Assembly (NCBI GenBank): GCA_963719515.1
Contig: CAVRCJ010000010.1
Location: 768,001-832,000 of the forward strand
Source of the DNA: an uncultured cyanobacterium
GTDB lineage: Bacteria; Cyanobacteriota; Cyanobacteriia; CAKZMO01
Direction of reading: 5' to 3'
Length of the DNA: 64,000 nt
Part shown: positions 59,429 through 64,000 of the stretch, in pieces
Layout of the letters: the number at the start of each line of letters is the position of its first letter
Position numbering within the stretch: position 1 is the stretch's first letter
Notes under the pieces: generated by a model
The model's database searches: none
What the model saw: only the letters and a program-made list of their open reading frames with translations
Told to the model about the DNA's origin: nothing
Position numbers and translations under genes: made by a program

Positions 59429-60869
59429 AGTTGCTGCTGCGGGCATCAGTTTTGGCCTGGGTCTGCTTGGTCTCACAGCGCCAGCCTACGCTCATGCCTT
59501 CGGCCAGCGCTACGACTTGCCCCTGCCGCTCAATCTCTATTTGGCAGGGGCGGCGATCGCCATTTTGCTGACGTTTGCGGCGGTTTCCCTATTGGCTCAA
59601 GTTATGGAGGGAGAGCCCGACTTGCCCCACCTGAAATTTAGGGTGCTAGGCCGCCTGCTGGCCAGTCCCTACCTGCGCGTTCCCCTGCGTCTGGTGGCGG
59701 TAGGGCTTTTGGGGTTGACCCTCGCCAGCGGGTTTATCGGCACCCAGCGGCCCCTGCAAAACTTTGCCCCCACGTTCGTCTGGGTGATTTTTTGGGTGGG
59801 GCTGGCTTTCGTGAGCGCTCTGGTGGGCAACGTTTGGGCGGCGCTTAACCCCTGGAGCGCCCTGTTTGAGTGGGCCGACAGCCTTTACCGCCAGCTCACC
59901 GGTCAGGAAAGCCTGTCCTGGAGTCTCCCTTACCCAGAGGCGCTAGGGGTCTGGCCTGCGGCCTTGCTGTTGCTGGGGTTTAGCTGGCTAGAGCTGGTGT
60001 GGCAACAGGCACAGATGCCCTGGAATACCGCCGGGGCAGTCCTCCTCTATTCCCTACTCACCTGGCTGGGGATGCTGGTCTACGGGCGAGCCGCCTGGCT
60101 GGCCCATGGGGAGGTGTTTTCCCTGGTGTTTGGCCTATTTTCCCGCTTTTCCCCCTGCCAAGTTGAGGTCGAAGCGGATGAGCCAGTGCTGACGGTGCGG
60201 CCCTACGGGGTGGGGTTTAGCCGCTTGACGGTGCCCGACACCTCCCAGCTGGTGTTTGTTTTGATGCTGCTGGCCATTCTGTCCTTCGATGGCTTCAAAG
60301 ACACGCCTCTGTGGCAAGCCGTGGTGGAGGTTACCTTGCCCCCCCTGCTGCCGCTGTTGGGCGATCGCGCCTACGGGGTGTTAAACACCCTGGCCCTGTT
60401 GACCGTGCCGCTGATTTTCGTGGGCATCTACTTTGGGTTCGCCACCTTGATGCAGCGGGCGGCGGGAAAGCAGACCCTCACCTGCGGCCAAACGGCTCGC
60501 ACCTTTGTGTTTACCCTGGTGCCCATTGTCATTGCCTATCACCTGGCCCACTACCTGTCATACCTGCTGGTGATTGGGCAGCAAATGATTCCCCTGGCCT
60601 CAGACCCGTTTGGGTTTGGCTGGGATCTGCTGGGCACGGCCACCTATCGCATCAGCGTCGGCCTGGTGGGGGCGCGGCTTGTGTGGCGGTTTGCCGTGGT
60701 GGCGATTGTGCTCGGTCACGTGTTTTCAGTTGTTTTGGCCCATCTGACGGCGGTTAAAACCTATCCCAGCGTTGAAATGGCGCAGCGTAGTCAGTATCCC
60801 ATGCTGGTGCTGATGGTGGGCTATACCCTGCTTAGCCTGTGGCTCTTTGCCCAGCCGATTATGGGCTGA
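59406..60869 (+). CDS. Polytopic membrane protein (FedB-like family, function unknown)
   Basis: Signal AYA-H.FGQRYDLPLP, roughly ten TM helices, LNPW, SFDGF, AYHLAHY, SDPFG.GWDL.GT, GHV..V.LAH and SQYPM. Confidence 0.75.
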   Translation: MWKSTPARVAAAGISFGLGLLGLTAPAYAHAFGQRYDLPLPLNLYLAGAAIAILLTFAAVSLLAQVMEGEPDLPHLKFRVLGRLLASPYLRVPLRLVAVGLLGLTLASGFIGTQRPLQNFAPTFVWVIFWVGLAFVSALVGNVWAALNPWSALFEWADSLYRQLTGQESLSWSLPYPEALGVWPAALLLLGFSWLELVWQQAQMPWNTAGAVLLYSLLTWLGMLVYGRAAWLAHGEVFSLVFGLFSRFSPCQVEVEADEPVLTVRPYGVGFSRLTVPDTSQLVFVLMLLAILSFDGFKDTPLWQAVVEVTLPPLLPLLGDRAYGVLNTLALLTVPLIFVGIYFGFATLMQRAAGKQTLTCGQTARTFVFTLVPIVIAYHLAHYLSYLLVIGQQMIPLASDPFGFGWDLLGTATYRISVGLVGARLVWRFAVVAIVLGHVFSVVLAHLTAVKTYPSVEMAQRSQYPMLVLMVGYTLLSLWLFAQPIMG

Positions 60870-60909
60870 GCCGTTATAGATAACTGTTTAAATTTATTAG
60901 GAAAAATCC

Positions 60910-63900
60910 ATGGAGAAGGAACGCAAGTCTCGCCGCCGGCAAGGCGCTATTCGAGGCGGGATTTTAGGACTTATCGTTATCGCCTGCATCGGTGTGCTGA
61001 CGCTGATGTTCAGCGGCGCTACCCAGGCCGGAGGTCTGTCCAACGACCAGTCCCTGCTAGAGCGCAGCATGATGGCCGCTGTCGCCAACGGGGACCAGTC
61101 CCCAGGTCAACAGTCTGATGACCCCTACAACACCCCCGCGACTCCCCTACAAAAGCGCTTTGAGCAGCAGGTCGAAGCCGAAACCGGCTTTTCGATCAAA
61201 GGGCACCAGCAGACCGAAGGTCCGATTCTGGCACAGCTTCCAGAAGCTCCTGCGATCGCCCATGAGCCGCAGCGCTGCCCCGCCAGTGCGCCGGTGAAGC
61301 AGTACGACGTGCTGGCCATCAACGTGAAGATGGTGCTCAACCGCTGGGGCGATCGCGACCCCCGGGGCCACATGTATGTGCTGCGCGATCGCGAAAATGA
61401 GGTGCGCAATCAGGAAGTGGCCTCGGAGGAGTTGCCCAACCGGCCGTTTGATCTGAGTTTGGGCCTCGGCGACGACCCGATTCAGCCCCTCACCATTCGG
61501 GCCAACGTCGGCGACTGTGTCCGGGTGAGCTTTGAAAACAAGCTGGAGAAGCCCAAAGGGAACCGCAACGGCGCGCCCGCCAGCTTCCACGTTCACGGGG
61601 CCGACTGGATTCTTGCCAGCACGGGTGAGCCCGCTCTAGCGTCCGACTCCGACGCCTATGCGCTGCCCGGCGAAACGGTGGACTACGAGTGGTACATCGA
61701 CGATCGCTACTACACCGAGAAAACGTTTCGGGTGCAGTCCCACGGACCGAAAGGGCGCTACCAAGTGAGCCACGGCCTGTTTGGCGGACTCATTGTAGAA
61801 CCTGTGGGCTCGCAGTACTTTGACCCCCGCACCGGAGAGAATCTGTGTGAGACAAAGGGCGACGCGGTTTGGTGCCGCAACTCTTGGGACGCGATGATCG
61901 ATCCGGGTGATGGTAGCTCAGACTTCCGAGAGTTTGGCATGTTCTACCACGAGATTGGCAACGCGGGCTATCTACCCCGCACCAAAGACGGGAAGCTAAA
62001 TCCGTTCATTGATGCGATCACGGAAAGCTACCAGCCCAATGGACGCGCTATCAACTACCGCAGCGAAGCCTTTTACCGCCGCTTGGGAGAGGCTGAAGTG
62101 ATGGCGAAGCTGTTTGACATTGAGCCAGACAGCCCGCTGCAGGAAGGGCCTGATCAAGCTTACGACTACCGCGATCCGGCGGCTGAGCCCGTTTGGCGCA
62201 AGATTGAGCTGGGCATCAAGGGCGATCTAAAGGGCTTTGCCGACGAGGCTGAAGCCTATGGCACCTACTCCTTTGGCGAGCCCGCTACGCCTGTCCCTCA
62301 AACCTACATCGGCGACCCAATCAAGTTCCGAATTGTGCATGGCGGCAGTGAGACCTTCCACGTGCCTCACCTGCACGGTGGCGGCATTCAGTGGCAGCGC
62401 CAGCAGGATGTGGGCAAGTCCGTGACCAATGTCGACTACACGCCGGTTGACGAGGGACTAAAAAAAGAGTTTACCAGCCGCATGCCCAGCTCCGGCAACG
62501 ACTCCCAGAGCATTGGCCCCTCGGAGACCTACGACTTTGAGGTGTCCTGCGGTAGCGGCGGCTGTCAGCAAACGGTGGGGGATTTCCTCTTTCACTGTCA
62601 CGTGGCGTCCCACTACGTCTCGGGGATGTGGCACTTCTGGCGGGTCTACAACACCCTACAGGATCAGCCCCATAAGTCCGATGGGTTGGCGGTGCTTGCG
62701 GAACTGCCCGATCGCCAGAATCGAGTCCAGTCCGCCGTCAATTCCCTGGATTTAATCGGCAAAGAGGTTGACTTTGCCGGTGAGACGCTGACGGTCGACA
62801 ACAACGCCTTGAAAACCCTGGTCGAGATGCAGCTGCCCCCGAAGGGCGAGCCCAAAACCTGGCAAGATGCCTCGGTGTTTAACTGGGACTCTGAGGAGCA
62901 GTTTGACGGCAGGCTGCTGTACAAGAATGAGCCAGAAAGCTATCACGTTTGGCAAAATTTTCAGGCTCAAGCGCCGGGCGATCGCCCCGATATTTTATTC
63001 GATCCGCTGACCGGCAAGCTGGCCTACCCGCTGCTGCGGCCCCATTTCGCCAAGCGACCGCCGTTTGCCCCCAACCACGGGCCAGCCCCCTTCCTAGAGC
63101 CCAGGGTTGCCAGCAACGGTGAGCCCGCCGAGCCTGGGACGAACGGTAAACTGAGTCTTTGTCCGGCCAATGCCCCTCGACGGGTTTATAAGGTTCACGC
63201 CATTCAAACGCCAATTCGGGTGACGGATGAGGTGGTAGACGACAAGGGCATGCTCTTCGTGGTGAAGGAGCACGAAGACCAGGTCAGGAACGAAGATTTC
63301 GAGTCTGGCAGCGTTCCCAACAGCGAAAAATCGTTCAAGGTGCCGCTGGCGATTCGGGCCAATCAGGGGGACTGCGTCGATCTGATTTTGGTTAATGAAC
63401 TTGAGCAAACGGGCGAACTGGCCGGTTTGAGTAAAACCAACATTCACATCCACTTCGTTCAGTTTGATACCCAAGCCTCTGACGGCGTAATTACCGGGTC
63501 TTCCTATGAGCAGGCCCCGCGCCCGTTCAAGGACTCTGGCATGAGCGCTGAAATCACCGGCAGTGCTTCAGCCGGAGACACGGAGCTGCAAGTCGATGAC
63601 GTTAAGCTGTTCTCCCCAGGGACCACGGTCGCGGTGGGTGTGGATCAAGACACGGACAAGTTCGAAACGGCGGCGATCGCCAGCGTCAACGCTGAAAGCA
63701 GCATCCTGACATTCAAGAACCCGCTACAGCACGACCACAGCACAAATGAGAAGGTCACCAACGAGTTTGTTCGCTATCGCTGGTACGTGGCGCGTCAAAA
63801 CGGGGCCATCTACTTCCACGACCATGTGGACGCGCTGAAGCGCTGGGGCCACGGCCTGTTTGGGGCGCTGATCGCCGAACCTCGGGGTTCCCAATGGCGG

Positions 63901-64000
63901 CATCCGAATACGGGCGAAACCTTCCCAGAGCTGCGCAGCGGCCCAATCATGGACATCCTGGTCGACCAAAATCAGGAAGTGGTGCCGGGGCTAGAGGGCA
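60910..64000 (+). CDS. Large multi-domain multicopper oxidase, MnxG-like (over 1030 aa, continues past the right edge)
   Basis: Absent from the ORF track. From ATG 60910: N-terminal TM/signal, HVHG (61588), HVPHLH (62359), HCHVASHYVSGM (62593), HIHFVQFD (63445), FHDH...HGLFG (63814), and repeated PL.IRAN.GDCV domain starts. Confidence 0.9.
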   Translation, partial: MEKERKSRRRQGAIRGGILGLIVIACIGVLTLMFSGATQAGGLSNDQSLLERSMMAAVANGDQSPGQQSDDPYNTPATPLQKRFEQQVEAETGFSIKGHQQTEGPILAQLPEAPAIAHEPQRCPASAPVKQYDVLAINVKMVLNRWGDRDPRGHMYVLRDRENEVRNQEVASEELPNRPFDLSLGLGDDPIQPLTIRANVGDCVRVSFENKLEKPKGNRNGAPASFHVHGADWILASTGEPALASDSDAYALPGETVDYEWYIDDRYYTEKTFRVQSHGPKGRYQVSHGLFGGLIVEPVGSQYFDPRTGENLCETKGDAVWCRNSWDAMIDPGDGSSDFREFGMFYHEIGNAGYLPRTKDGKLNPFIDAITESYQPNGRAINYRSEAFYRRLGEAEVMAKLFDIEPDSPLQEGPDQAYDYRDPAAEPVWRKIELGIKGDLKGFADEAEAYGTYSFGEPATPVPQTYIGDPIKFRIVHGGSETFHVPHLHGGGIQWQRQQDVGKSVTNVDYTPVDEGLKKEFTSRMPSSGNDSQSIGPSETYDFEVSCGSGGCQQTVGDFLFHCHVASHYVSGMWHFWRVYNTLQDQPHKSDGLAVLAELPDRQNRVQSAVNSLDLIGKEVDFAGETLTVDNNALKTLVEMQLPPKGEPKTWQDASVFNWDSEEQFDGRLLYKNEPESYHVWQNFQAQAPGDRPDILFDPLTGKLAYPLLRPHFAKRPPFAPNHGPAPFLEPRVASNGEPAEPGTNGKLSLCPANAPRRVYKVHAIQTPIRVTDEVVDDKGMLFVVKEHEDQVRNEDFESGSVPNSEKSFKVPLAIRANQGDCVDLILVNELEQTGELAGLSKTNIHIHFVQFDTQASDGVITGSSYEQAPRPFKDSGMSAEITGSASAGDTELQVDDVKLFSPGTTVAVGVDQDTDKFETAAIASVNAESSILTFKNPLQHDHSTNEKVTNEFVRYRWYVARQNGAIYFHDHVDALKRWGHGLFGALIAEPRGSQWRHPNTGETFPELRSGPIMDILVDQNQEVVPGLEG

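Noticed and set aside
61125..63969. Short ORFs listed in the track over the last 3 kb, and likewise over 197-1076
   Set aside because: They are shadows of the long edge-truncated MCO and amine oxidase genes.

Overview
Chromosomal window of a GC-rich cyanobacterium, judged from abundant HIP1 octamers (GCGATCGC), psbX, ycf66 and homogentisate phytyltransferase; the species cannot be named from sequence alone. From left to right: (1) an organic-nitrogen cluster with NtcA boxes (copper amine oxidase running off the left edge, atypical acyl-CoA dehydrogenase-fold flavoprotein, Fe/2OG dioxygenase, frameshifted solute-binding protein, GS-like gamma-glutamyl ligase, exported formamidase-family enzyme); (2) a TnpB-only IS200/IS605 element; (3) tRNA-Ala(CGC) surrounded by partial self-copies that carry tiny hairpin insertions; (4) housekeeping genes (gcvH, gcvT, amiC, psbX, mutM, glgA, truB, leuCD, rnz, cobA-hemD, coaE); (5) a ~390-bp protein-free IS200/IS605 mini-element with its own promoter and a structured RNA; (6) a cyanate operon (cynABDS) next to a PAS kinase and AraC response regulator; (7) a SNF2-SWIM pair; (8) at the right edge, an operon ending in a >1000-aa multicopper oxidase with the copper-motif order of MnxG-type manganese oxidases. 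All family calls come from reading motifs by eye; no searches were run.
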